Shown here: positions 24,476-37,279 of the stretch, in pieces
Numbering within the stretch: the stretch's first letter is position 1
Layout: each line of letters starts with the position of its first letter
Assembly (NCBI RefSeq): GCF_036321535.1
Contig: NC_087436.1
Coordinates: 101,558,001-101,622,000, forward strand
DNA length: 64,000 nt
Direction of reading: 5' to 3'
From: Camelus dromedarius
Taxonomy: Eukaryota
Program-made: the position numbers and the translations under genes
Notes under the pieces: generated by a model
Databases searched by the model: none
Seen by the model: the letters and a program-made list of their open reading frames with translations, nothing else
What the model was told of the DNA's origin: nothing

Positions 24476-26164
24476 TTTGTAAATATTTTATTTTTTTAAT
24501 AATGTTACATTTTTTGTGTATTAGCTAATTGGGTTAGGCTTGTTTTATTGATGTATATTTTTTAAACAGCAAATTTAATATTCTACTACCATAGAAACTT
24601 TGAGATGGTATCAAGTCATTCTGATGCTTACTTTTTTTTTTCTTTTCCCTATTTAAAACATCCAAGGACTAGAATATTCAGATGATGCTATAACTGTTTC
24701 ACCCCTTTTATTGTGAGATTTCTTTTTTACAAATGGCTCACAACATCGAATGACCCCTTGCCACTTTGGAAGATATAAAAAACAGGGTTAATCTGCATTT
24801 CCGTCAAAGGGGTAACTTCACGTGAGGCAGTGGTTTATTTCTTTTACAGCCCTTCCTGAGGTAAAGCATACTTCCCTTATTAATTGCAGTGGGTTCAAAG
24901 GGCTGATTGCCTCTGTTTCTTGTTCTTACATTAAACAGCTAGGACTTTTGGACAAATATTTCTCATAAGAACTTTAGGAATATTACATATCCTTTTGTTA
25001 ACAAGAATATGAAATTTATCTTTCTGAGAAATTGTTACTCATTGACCTCAAATTGTACTCAAAACTGTAATGCAATAACTAACCACCACAATTAATTTTT
25101 CTATATTTTCCTCGAGAGACTGAAAAATAATTTTTTGCAGCAGCTGAGATCTGAAAAATGGATTTGAGATCAAGTAGTTTTCTGCACAATGTAATGTTTG
25201 TTATTTAACCTTTGTTTGATAAATTGATACCTTGATTGATTTTTTTAACATAGAAAAGGGACTTTTATAATTTTATTAATTTACCAAATTAACACTGAGA
25301 ATAAGTGAAATTAGATGTGTCTTCTTAAATAAATGTAGCAAATGATTTCTAATAACATTCTGTAGATTTCTAATACTAATTACTTTTTTCCTATTTTTAT
25401 TTTTTTATTTTTAAGCTTAATAAAATTTTTATTTAAGTAAAAATTGAATGGAGAATGTGATCAAGATACAGATATAAAACCAATGTAAAGAGTGGGGAAT
25501 ATAAAAAAGGAGAAATTCTCAATGATAATGTTAATTTTTTATTTATTCTGATCATTTTATATTTGCTTCCTACTACACAAGTTGATTTTTTTATATTATC
25601 GATATTCTTGACATAAAAGCATCTGCTTGGTTTGGCAAGAACTAATAATGAATCAATATGTTCTCCTTACATTTATAATTCATTATATAAAAGGTCCATA
25701 TTTATTAGATTTATTGAATTATAAGCTATTAATAAAATTATACAACAGAATTTCTTATATATCATAAAGTAAAAAAATTAAACTTCTTGTCAATATGTGG
25801 TTTGGCCAGTTGAAAACTCAACAATGATACATACGTGTATAGCAGTTTACTTAAAAGATTTAGGATTTATTCTGGCTATGGTCTATGGTGAAATAGCCAT
25901 AAATTGATTTCTAGGGAGAAACATAAGTGTTTAACACAGCTGTGGTGTCCTTACACACTTATATGCATACACACACATGCACGCACACCAGCTATCAGTT
26001 CCAGATATATATTAATATATAAAATATCTAATATAACTTATTTATGCTCTAGGATGAATCCCTTTGTGAAGGAATAAATACTCCTTTTCACATGGACTTT
26101 CCTATACCAGTTCTGGAATATTGAAATGAACTGCAAGTACAGATGTCTGAAAACAAATCAGTTT

Positions 26165-26412
26165 ACAGCATAACATAGTAGCTAAAAGCACAGACACTAG
26201 AAACAGACTACTTGACTTCAAATCCCCGCCAAACCACTTTACTACTTCACAGCCTTTAGCAAATAATTTAATTGCGCTATTCTGTATTTTTTTGTGTGTG
26301 TAAAATGGTGAAAACCATAGGATGTAACTATCTTAATTGCTGTGAGGATTTAATTCTTTAGCCAGATATGTAACAATATCTTTGTTTTCACTCCATAAAT
26401 GTTGGCTATCAT
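26165..26412 (+). mobile_element. MIR
   Basis: ACAGCATAACATAGTAGCTAAAAGCACAGAC...GACTTCAAATCCC...TGTAAAATGG...TGTGAGGATTTAAT...ATAAATGTTGGCTAT. Confidence 0.7.
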
Positions 26413-26889
26413 CAATATCGTGTTCAACATCATGTTATTTTATCAAAAAAAATTTTTAAATAAAAGTGAGCATTTAAATTCTCATCTTTTAAATAAAATC
26501 TTAAGACCAGTACATTAAATTTTTGCTAATATAAAAGTAATTAACAAATCATGACATGCCACTTTGTATTTTTAATAATTTCTTCAATATTACTAAAATA
26601 TATTTCTAAATGTTCATTTTAACTTTAGGAAGAAATCCTTCATATCAAAGAGAGTTTAAATCACAAATTAATATTTCAAACCTAAGATAGTTTATGGTCA
26701 TTTAGCTTAATGGATTTAGTCCAAGTGTGGCATGAAATGGAGAGAATAAAGGATTTGAGCAGTGAGTGGACAAACCTTCATGCATCTTTCAGAATTAGCT
26801 TTGTGATTTAGTTAACATTGCCAAGAGACAAGGTTTTCAAATCACATTGATCAAAATAACTTCAAAGTTTAAATGGAAGTGATATTTTT

Positions 26890-27367
26890 ATTATTTCTGA
26901 AAAGTGGCCACTAAAGAGAGACGTCCAACATCTTAATCCCTGGAACCTGTGAATATTATTTTATCTGTTAAAAGAGTGAACTTTACACATCACTTATGGC
27001 AAAAGACATGAGTTAAGTTTAGGATCTTGAGAGGAACAATTTATTCTGTATTATCTAGCCGGGCCCTAAATATAATTATAGGCATCTTTATAAATAAAGG
27101 GACAGAGTTAATTTTGGAGAGAAGAGAGGCAATGTGGCCATGGAGCCAAGGATTTCAAAGAGATGGCCACAAAACAAGAAACATCTGCCATCACTAGAAG
27201 CTGGAAGATTCAAGGATGCCCTCTTAGAAACTATGGAGGGAGCATGACACTGCAGACACCTTGATTCCAGACTTCTGGCCTCCAAAACTGTGGAAGAATG
27301 CGTTAATGTTACTTTAAGATACCCAGGTTGTAGTAATTTGTTACAGCAGCCTCAAGAAGCTGATACA
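26890..27367 (+). mobile_element. MLT1D-like MaLR solo LTR
   Basis: TAATCCCTGGAACCTGTGAATAT...ATGGCAAAAG...GGATCTTGAGA...ATTATCTAGCCGGGCCCTAAA...AGACTTCTGGCCTCCAAAACTGT...GTAATTTGTTACAGCAGC...CTGATACA. Confidence 0.88.
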
Positions 27368-29004
27368 CTGCTCTTCATCAACCGTGATTGCTGATAACTC
27401 TATAGCTGTTAAATTCGTGTGATTCCAATTAGAATCCAGCTTTACATATACATAGATTTATCCTTTGGGAGAAAATATGCATGCAACCATTGCCACTGTT
27501 GCAGCATAATTTATATGTAAAATCTACTGTTGCAATAAAAGATCACATTCTAAAGTGATAGCTGTTAATAATACACTTGCTATGACATGCATTCTTCTGT
27601 AGGGCTGTTTTGATTGCAGGGAACACAGAGTGCTAAAATTACCAAAACTAATAGGGCATTTATTAGAAAAATAGACGTGGATATAAGGAAAAGTGGAATC
27701 TCTGTCATGAGATCAGGCATCAAGAGAAAAGTTGAGCAACCAAATCCTTGTGGAAATGGCAGCACTGTTTCCAGTCATGCAACTGGAAGAGTGTTCACCA
27801 TCAAGGTCAATTCTAATGACCTACTCCATTGCTGGATTACTGATTTGCGTTGGATTCTTTGTCTCTTCTTAGTTTGTTCCTGCTTCAAATCCTGTTACCT
27901 CAAACTCACATTCAAATTCTCTTATAAATGAAATCTTATTTAGAATCAAATTGTACTTGATAGTCAAATAATAATTTTTTCATATATAAACACCCTCAAT
28001 TGAGCAGTCATTACAAATTTTGAGTAGCAGTTACTCATTCAGAAAAATGTTAATGTTGTTTTAAAGTCTTATGAGTAAATTAGTAATATTACCAAAGTGA
28101 GACTAACTTATCATTATATGTTTCTATAAAATAATATTTTTAAAATGTACTGTTGAAAATATAGCAATTATATTCTAAGTATCGCCAAAATAAAATTTGG
28201 TGGTAAATCAGAAACAACACATAGGGCATGATATTCTATTGCAAAGGTAGATTTACAATCATTTGAATAAAAAGTGAAAAACTTAAGAGAAAATATAACA
28301 TATTTTATAGTAATGGTATAATTTTTACAATTTTGAATTTCCCATTAGTTTGTGTAGTGCCTGGCAATTTCCAGACAGCTGGAATCTATTTGTTGTATGT
28401 TTGAGATAAAAGACAAAAGCTGAAAAGGCATGTGATCAAAGTATATGAAGTGGAAAATGATAAGACAGTATGTACCAATTTTTATAAAGAACTCTACATT
28501 GACATTAGAGAGTGGAAAGTTTAGGGAAAAGGTGGAATATTAATCTACACAAGACTTAGTAACACAATAAAATTTATTATCCATTATTTTTTTTTCCAAT
28601 TGTAAGATAATTATACTTTTTATCTGAGCTGAGATCAAGGAAGAATTATTTAACAGCCTGTTCTTTGGTGGCCAAATCAGATAGAAATCTGTCTAGACCA
28701 GATTGTAGACCTGATTTAGCATAAATAAATCTAAATGAATATGGGCAAATACATTCACTCTTTTATTCAAATGCAGTTTACTCATAGAGCACACTGTGTA
28801 TTATGAGTGATGTTACTAACTGCCCTTATGGAACTTACTATTTAGTGAGAGTGATTGGTATTTAAAGAGTTAAATGTAAATCAAAATGAGGAGATGTAAA
28901 AGCAAGGAAAGACTCTAAATTAGCCTGGAGGACAATGGAGCACAAACATTATTCACTGTTCTTGAAGTACTAAGACTATCAATTTGTGTTGTTCAGTGTG
29001 AGTC

Positions 29005-29250
29005 CAGAGGAAGTACCGTGAAGTACATGGGCTTTGGGGTCAGATATCTGGTGTTGAATCCTGGCTTCACTAGCTGGATGGCTTGTCCTAGGACAAGCTG
29101 TTTAAACAGCTGGTGATTATTTTACCTGTAAAGTGAACATAGTAATCATACTGCCGATTTCACCTATCATACCGTCTATCTATTATTGAATAGATTAAAT
29201 GAGATAGTGGATATGAAACGCAGCACTGTACCCGCCCATGGTAGGTCCAT
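29005..29250 (+). mobile_element. MIR, with its 3' tail displaced to ~29635-29660 by an LTR insertion
   Basis: GGGCTTTGGGGTCAGA...TTGAATCCTGGCTTCACT...GATTAAATGAGATA...CATGGTAGGT; resumes as TCAATGAATGTTAGTTG after the LTR. Confidence 0.7.
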
Positions 29251-29634
29251 GATGCAAGGTGGATTCACAAGGAAGCCAGCTCTGAGACAGGGGTTAGCAT
29301 GCAGGATGGGTAGTAAGTACTATGTGCAGGACGGGTAGTAAGTACTATGAGGATGAACACATAGGGGAGAAGTGAGAGAAGGGTTTTTAGTCAGAAAGGG
29401 TCTCAGTGTATCACGCTAGTAAGGACTGGTATTTTATACTCCAACATCAGCTAGTCCTCAGGGGTTAGCTCTTCCTGGGACATAGATACGACACTGAACA
29501 AAGACAGCCTTCAGCACCACCAATTTCCAGAACAGGCTGATAGCCGTGAGATGTTACTAGCAACATTCCCAGCAGGGAAAAAATCCTGAAGTCCTGGAGG
29601 AAGTTCTTGGAGATGCTACACACAACCAACTACA
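29251..29634 (-). mobile_element. LTR16/LTR33-type ERVL solo LTR nested in MIR
   Basis: GGTGGATTC...GGAAGCCAGCTCTGAGACAGGGGTTAGCATGCAGGA is the reverse complement of the LTR16/33 3' end. The other end is ...CAACTACA. Confidence 0.65.
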
Positions 29635-29779
29635 GAATTCAATGAATGTTAGTTGTTTCATATTAGGGATTGCTATTTTACTCCTAGTTCAAGTGGACTT
29701 CTATTAGGTAAGAGTGAGTTAAAATGCTGACAGAGATGCAGGAGTGATCAGACTTTACCAACAACACCAGCAATTACAG

Positions 29780-30240
29780 ATGTTAAAAAGAAGCCCTGAA
29801 AACATTGATCCACTTTGACTCAACAATTAACATACCTAGAAGTGTATCCTAAGAAAATAGTAGGGATGCACAAAAATCTTTAAATTTAAGATTGCTTCTT
29901 AAAGCATTCTAGTGGACATAAAAATTGAAATAAGTTGAATGTCCAGCAGAATGAATAAATGGCACATCCATTATTGAATATATTATGGTAAATTCATAGA
30001 GTAGAATACGCTTCAGTCATTAAGATAAGGCTGTTAGCAAATGTTTACTGGCATAAGAACAGGTTCATGACATGCAAAGTGGAAAAAAAAAGAAAAGCAG
30101 GTTATAAAGTCTAAATACTGCACATTTTTTGATACACACATACAAAGATTTATTCCAAAGTGCCAGTGATGATTATCTCTACAACCTGGGGTTATGGGAA
30201 ATTGCATGTTCTTTGTTTTACTTGTTCGTATTTCTTTTAT
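29780..30240 (+). mobile_element. Ancient L1ME-type 3' fragment
   Basis: CTTTGACTCAACAATT...CTAGAAGTGTATCCTAAGAAAATA...AATGTCCAGCAGAA...AATATATTATGGTA...TAGAATAC. Confidence 0.65.
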
Positions 30241-31079
30241 TTTCTTTTATTATTAAACATAGTATTCATATGAAAAAGAAGTTAAAATGTACATGTATGG
30301 TCTGTCGAACAATTACAAAAGGAAAACATATGTACTCACCTCCAAATTTAATAATAACATAAAGTCACATATTCTTTATATTATACTCTGCTAGCATAAT
30401 AGGGATTATAATGTAAAATAAAAGTAACATAATCTTAATATACTTAAAGCGCATATATTGTTTCATCAAAATAAGAAATACAAGTATGGTAGAATACAAA
30501 CAGAAATTTTAAGGAAATCTCAAACCGGTTCTTAGGTAATTTGGTCAAGGTTGTATCAGCAAAGTTTACAGATTTGGATTGTTCACACTGAGAAGGCTGT
30601 GTGGTCTGGGTTAAGTGTGCAGGCGCTGGAGTGACTTTTCCAGCTTCAGATCCAGTTCCTTCTGAACCACACAGGCTTTTCCATGTGCTCTGACGAGGGC
30701 AGGGTCTATAAGCAGAGGAGCATTCTTTAACAAGGATGCTATATTGCTATTATGCATTGTAAATTTGTAGTCTGGAATTTTGGTATCCTATACTTACTTC
30801 TACAGGAGATTTGCTTTGGTTTGTTGTGTATTTTGCCATTAAGCTATCTTATTTTTGTCATTTAGTTTTTCAATCTATATGTTATATCTTGCATTCATAT
30901 TTATGGTTACATGACTAGTTTCAGCAGCTTACTACTAAGATAATTGCTTTCTTGTAATATTATCCAGTAAGTCCAGGATTGATTAATTAATTAATTATCT
31001 GAATTCTGCATTATGAGAATGTTTTCCAAATGAGATGTTGGAAAAAGGCCCGGACAGAATCCAGGAGGCCAAATGGAGG

Positions 31080-31507
31080 ATGTGGAGAGACTGTCTCTTC
31101 CATAAGCTCTTCAGGACCTGAGCGCTCACCAGCCCCTCCTCTCTCAGCTTCCAGGACTTTCAGCTGCAGACTGAGCTGAGTCCCTCTCTGGGAATTGCCT
31201 TTGCCCAAAGGAGCTGCCTGGCCTAGGGTTAGGACCTTCCCTCCTGAGCAGCCCACACCCATGGCTGGCTGATGTGGGATTAAAAAGGCCTGGCCCTCTC
31301 GTCTCAAGTCAGATCAATCCTGAATGGCCATCCTAGCTTGAAAGCTCCCTGTGGAAACAGGCTGAGGCCCCCGGTGCGACTCTACCAGAATTCTGTCTCC
31401 TCCTCCACTGGCCCCTGCTGGCTCCACTCTGCAGCAATTGCTCTCCCTAAACACTCCGCAGGAAATCTCTGTCTCAGAATGCTTCCGGGATAATCCAACC
31501 TAAAACA
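31080..31507 (+). mobile_element. LTR16C-like ERVL solo LTR
   Basis: CCCTCTCTGGGAATTGCCTTTGCCCAAAGGAGCTGCCT...AAAAGGCCTGGCCC...GCTCCCTGTGG...GGCTGAGGCC...AAATCTCTGTCTCAGA...CCAACCTAAAACA. Confidence 0.78.
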
Positions 31508-31959
31508 ACTCTGTGACTCTTACTCTCCTCATAGGCTGACATTGTCCACTCATAAAGATAATACTATGAAAGATTTGTTAACACTTCAATAAAATTAAGA
31601 TACGTGATTCTTACAGCATCTCTTAGAACTTTCTCTGTAATAAATAATTCCATTATGTGGTTCATTTAGCATGGCTTGTTCTCCCTCAATCCTTGCCATT
31701 GCCTAGGAGTCGCTGTCGTCTCTTTGAAAAGCCCACACCCCCTGTATATCGTCAATGTGCTTCTCCAGGTGTAGTTAATGGGATTCACTTAACATTGTTT
31801 TTTCTGAATACTAAGAGAATATTTGCATAAATGACTTACATCTTCATCGTTTTTATGACTCTTAAAACCGCCCATTCTGATTCTGTAATCATATGCTACC
31901 AGAACTACTACTCTATTATTGCCACTTTTAAAATTCTAAAATAATTCTAAACCTCACAT

Positions 31960-32175
31960 ATTTTTAGAGCATTTCTTTTCCAGACATAGTGTTGAGAGCA
32001 TGTGCATATTTCATTTCATGCTCCAACAATCTATGAGGCATGGCCATCGTCCCCATTTTGGGATTGAGAAAACTAAAGCCCAGAGAGGTTAAATCACTTA
32101 TTCAGGGTCACACGACTACCAGCTGGCATGGCTGGGATTTCAAAGTCTGTAGTCCTGATTGCCATTACAACTCTG
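31960..32175 (-). mobile_element. MIR
   Basis: CCCCATTTTGGGATTGAGAAAACTAAAGCCCAGAGAGGTTAAATCACTTATTCAGGGTCACAC...GCTGGGATTTCAA. Confidence 0.85.
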
Positions 32176-32364
32176 CCGCTTGGAATTTCTTCATGTATAC
32201 AGGTATTCATCCGGACCTAACGGCACCTTGCGAAGCAAACAGGTATTCTCTCTTTTGGAGACTTAAGCATATTAAATTGCCTATTCTTTTAAAATTCCAA
32301 AGTCAGTAGCTGGTGTTAAGGGTATAACCCTTAGTCAATTGTCATCTTCTATTTCCGGAACCCT

Positions 32365-32785
32365 TTCATTCTAGTCCAGCCATTGGAGTTTTCAGGTTGA
32401 TCCCTGAACACATCAGACATGTTTCTACCTGAGAGTTTGATATTTTTCTGTTTCTCTTTGTCTAGAATGCTCTTGGCTAAGATATTACTGTGGATCGATC
32501 TATTTCATGTAGGTACTTACTCAGTGCTCACCTTTTTTGGGAAACTTTGTCTAGCCTTCCAAAGATCCTTACATGGAACCTCCTGTCCCCGGAACTCTCT
32601 TTCTCTGATTTATTTTTCTTCCTAGATGTATTATCACCATTTTTTTGGTTTTTTGTTTTTGTTTTCTATGCACTTTCAATGGATTTTAAACTCGGATATT
32701 TGTCAATGTAACAATATGTTATACCTCCAGGCCTTGTAATAGTGCATTTCATGAAGTAAATGTTCAATATGTTTGCTTCAAAATG
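32365..32785 (+). mobile_element. L2 3' end (an antisense L2 tail also at ~32900-33020)
   Basis: CTAGTCCAGCCATTGG...TCCCTGAACAC...CTGTTTCTCTTTGTCTAGAATGCTCTT...CTCAGTGCTCACCTT...TGTTCAATATGTTTG. Confidence 0.6.
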
Positions 32786-34419
32786 CATGATGCAGAGGGA
32801 AAAAGTGGTCTCAAATGGTTTAGCAACAGGATCAGTTTTAAAAGAAGATGCATCCAGTGGTATTAATCAAGCATACATTTGAGTGTATCTTTTCAAATAA
32901 ATTAGAATTCACTAACATTTATTTGGCACTTAGTGTATTCCAGGCGGTATTTTAGACATTAAGCAGACAACATTGAGCAAACTAGGTAAAATCCCTGGTC
33001 TGATAGTGATAACATTTTAGCTCTCTCTCCAGCACTATGATGATATCATTGTGCTGTCTGAACAGGATTTGGGGATGGGAGTAAAATGATATTATACCAA
33101 CTGCATTGCAATTAACTCTGAGTAATTTTCTTTAAAATATTTCTTCTTGAAAATAGATTTAAACCAGAGAGCCCACACTATTTGCTATTTTCAGGATTTA
33201 AATCACAATATTTTCTGACCATCCAAACTGAACAAATACAAAAGAAAATTATATTATGGATATTTTATTTCTACTTGAAAATGTCTCCAAATCTGAGAAC
33301 ATTTCCCTTTTGTCTCATGTGCTAAAGTGCAACTTAAATGAAGCATTTACTGCATATATATATAAAAAGCACTGTGTTATCTCCAAATAACAATATTAAG
33401 TGCAGGATTTTTAGAGGAATATGCATGCTGAAATGAAATGAACATTTCAAAAGCAATATTTTAAAAATTATTTTAGCTAGTAATATTCATATTTGCTTAA
33501 ACTTAGCATAATAGCTTAATTTTAAAATGTCTTGCATTTTTCACCCCATTTAACAATTTCTCATATTTTAAAGGATAGTGTGGTGAATTATAATGTGGGA
33601 ATATTTGCATTATCTTATAAGTAACATAAGCATTGTTAAACAGAGGAAGGAAGCCAAGTTCTTAAAAAATTTTGTACATATCTATTAATCATTCAATTGT
33701 GTCTTTTCATGCTCTTGCTGTATTGCTTCTTTATATGTGTAGAAAATAAATGACTGCTACAAAGATACATAGTGAATTATTGCTGCCAAAAATAAAATAT
33801 GAACTTCCTTGACATAGAATTATTATAGTATATTTTTATTAGTATACTTTAGTAAAGCTTTCAAAAATTTTTTTAAAAATAAGCATTTTTAAGAGGGCAC
33901 TCTAGTTTAATTTTCATATATTTAATAAAATAGATGCATAACATTATAGATGCATGTATTTTTATGTGCACATACAGTGTAGGGTCACTGAGTTGAAAAC
34001 TGTTATAAAAAATATGTAATCCAATAGATATGAAATTTTAAAAAGTTATAGTAGACATAGTAATATTAGAAAAAATTGCATTAACAGTGGCAGATATAAA
34101 AGGTTTAGATGCAACTTTTCAGTAACATATGAAATATGAAATTATCATTAATATCATAGAACAACATTTTAGAAAACAATTATATATTAAATTGTTGTAC
34201 CTTGTCAATAATATGGAAAAATTGCCAGTGTCCTAAGGAAGCTTGCAATACACATAGACAAAACCAAGACTGATGAACTAATTCCAGAAATTGAGGAGAC
34301 AGTAAGTCATCTGCTTGATCACATGCATAGCCACCGAATGTTATATGAATTCACAAAACTTTTGGTACTTTCTATGATTCCAGTGAAGAGCTAAAGCCCA
34401 TTATCAAAAGCAGTGCACA

Positions 34420-34645
34420 GCGAACAGTGATGAAATATTGACATGATTGTTGACAAACATCTGAGTTCAAATTTTGAATGTGTGCCTGAACTTTGAACAT
34501 CACCTAATACCTGTAAACATTGTGAAATGGGGACAGAAATAACAATACCAGCTTCACAGGCTTTCTGTGATATTAAATTAACTAATGCATATGGCTGTAC
34601 CTAACACAGAGCCTAAAAAAAGTTAAATACCTACTAAATTTATCT
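34420..34645 (+). mobile_element. MIR
   Basis: CTGAGTTCAAAT...TGTGAAATGGGGAC...ATTAAATTAACTAATGCAT...CCTAACACAGAGCCT. Confidence 0.6.
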
Positions 34646-34679
34646 TTTTTTGCAAGAAAGCAAATTTAATTTTATTATT

Positions 34680-35054
34680 AGTTTTTATTTTTAACTTAAA
34701 TGTAACTAAATGATTCTTTAAATTCTATAGTGTTTTAAAATTTTCAAAAGTTTCACACCATGAGTCCATATAATCCCAAAAGTCTTTTTTAAAAGCCCCT
34801 ACTCCTATATTGCCTCTCCCCACTTCCCTCTCCCCAATAGTAACCACTAGTTCGTCCTCTATATCTGTGAAATATAGATATTCTTTTCTGTTTTATTCAC
34901 CAGTTTGTTTTATTTTTTAGATTCCACATAGAAGTGATGTCATATAGTATTTGTCTTTGTCTGACTTATTTCATTTAGCATAATGTCCACCAAGTCCATC
35001 CATGCTGCTGCAAATGGCAAAATTTCAGTCTTTCTTATAACTGAGTAGTATTCC

Positions 35055-35089
<35 letters not shown>

Positions 35090-35290
35090 CACATCTTCGG
35101 TATCCAAATATTTGTTGATGGACATTTAGGTTGCTTCCATACCATGGCAATTGTAAATAACGTTGCTATGAATATTGGGATACATGTATCTTTTGAATTA
35201 GCACTTTTGTTTTTGTTTTTGAATATATACCCAGGAGTGGAATATGGTAGTTTTGTTTTTAGTTTTGTGAGAAATCTCCATACTGGTTTT
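34680..35290 (-). mobile_element. L1 3' fragment (laurasiatherian/artiodactyl-age) with internal (TG)n at ~35057-35087
   Basis: ORF 34940..35125 MEYYSVIRKTEILPFAAAWMDLVDIMLNEISQ is the ORF2 C-terminus; 3'UTR CCCTCTCCCCAATAGTAACCACTAG. Confidence 0.9.
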
Positions 35291-35364
35291 ATGTAATTTT
35301 TACTTTCTATTTACTGGAGGTAAAGACTCACTAAATTTATCATTATTTTTATTACATCCATTGG

Positions 35365-35628
35365 ATGGATAAAGATCACATCACTTGCCCCTTATATGGA
35401 AACGCACAGAGAGAAATATCCTACACTCATCCCCAAAGACCTCCATACAGATTAATAAGCCCCAGTGCACACAGTGGCAACTTGCTGGATAATGTGTACT
35501 TTATTGGCTGCCTTCCATTTGAATCCATGTCTCATTCTCTACTCTTGTTAATTTGATCACTTCCTAAGCATTGCACTTGCATCTTTTTGTTTCAAGGTCC
35601 TCTGCTGAGAATACTGAATAAGAGAGAC
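35365..35628 (+). mobile_element. LTR33-like ERVL LTR fragment
   Basis: AGCCCCAGTGCACACAGTGGCAACTTGCTGGATAAT...TTTATTGGCTGCCTTCC...GATCACTTCCTAA...ACTTGCA...TCAAGGTC. Confidence 0.6.
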
Positions 35629-37279
35629 TGGAAATATAGCTTTAATCACTATCACACAATCTGAGAATTTGGACTTTATTCAGTGCATAAGAATAAAATA
35701 ATTTTGAATGTGATATAATATGAATGGCTTTGGGAAGAGGTGAATTTAGAGGGAGACTGCAAGATGGAGTGAAAATATGGAATACTAGAGAGAGGAAGAC
35801 ATCTAGGAATTTATTACAATTGAGTAAATTATGATGATAGGGATCTGAACAGACTTAAAGAAACAGGAGTGAAAAAAAGAAAAAACAGCTAGTAGGAAAT
35901 AACATGACTTAGCTGCAAATTGATAATGTTAGGGGTTGGGCAATAGTGACCATTAAGACATTGAATAAATGAATATATATTTTTAAATGACATAAAAGAG
36001 CAGAGGAATCATCTTTTGTGGTGATTTATATGTATAAATTGTTTCTAAGAAAACAGTGAAGAAACTTTCTACTGAAATAAAAAATGGAAGTAAGGATAAA
36101 AAGCATACAATTTTTCAAAATTACAGAAAAGAGCAGGAAATTAATGGGTGTAGAGCTTGTCAGTCACATGTAGTCACTTACAAGGAATTATTTTGCCATT
36201 ATTCTGAGACATCATTTGAGTTTTTAAAGTCTTCCTTTACTCATCAACTGCCTGTCTGCCCTTCTGTTCAAACATTTTGTTGTTTTTGCTGTTTCTAAGT
36301 TGGTGTGCTATAGTATTAAGTGCACTAAAAGGCACAGATAAGTTGGTAGGTGTAATTATAACCAGATGAATAGAAGAGAAATCAGATGCTGTTGCAAATA
36401 AAAACTGGTCCACATATCTGATTTGGGCAGAAACAATACTCATTTTTAGGAAACAAAGAGGCACACCTTTACTATACAGTGTGATTTCAGGGATACAATG
36501 AATACTCCCAAAATACCTCCCCAAATTAGAAATAATGAAAAATTTAAAACTCAGTTGTTAACAATGAATTTCTTTCAGTTATTATTTTTCACCACATTGC
36601 TATAAATTGAATGCCTATTATAAGTATACATGCCATCAACTGCTTGACTTTGAAGTGGGCAAGGGAAAACAGGTACAGAAATGTGCTATAAATTCCATTC
36701 TAGATAAAAACTAAAATAGGAAGATAATCTGGAACCCAAATGCAGCGTTCTCTATGAAGTAAATGGTTTTGTAGTAATAGAATGAATCAAAGACAGAAAA
36801 TGTGTCAGGAAAGAGTCTGCATTCATGGCAGAGACCTAAAATTTGCCAGAGATTTTTAGAACAAAAATAGATAACATAAAAATATAAGAAAGTAATACAG
36901 GTTTCCCCCACTGTCTAAAATAAAGTGTTCCTTTGAAACCTTCCTAAGCTGAAATGGCGTAAAGCAAACAAATTACCTTAGGACACATTTTGCTAAGGGA
37001 TGCACAAAATAAATCCAGATAGAACATAGATGCTCTCAGACACAGTTCAAAGCTATGGCAGCTTGATGCTGAGATGCTGAGTGTGGGTCCCAGGGAAGAA
37101 GCTTGGCAGTGCCCCTCTCTGCTGGGGTGTACGCTGCCTCTGTAACAGCTCCCTGCAAAACAAATGCTGAACACTGTTTTCAACTTTTGCCTTTTTACGA
37201 AAAGCAAAAATCCTCTTCAAGTTTCTTTTGGCTGGGGAAAACGGGTACTAAGGCAGGCCTTCCGTGAAAGTGAAAGTGG

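Noticed and set aside
27764..27794. IRE or miRNA hairpin (TTCCAGT-catgca-ACTGGAA)
   Set aside because: Loop is not CAGUGN and the stem is far too short for a pre-miRNA.
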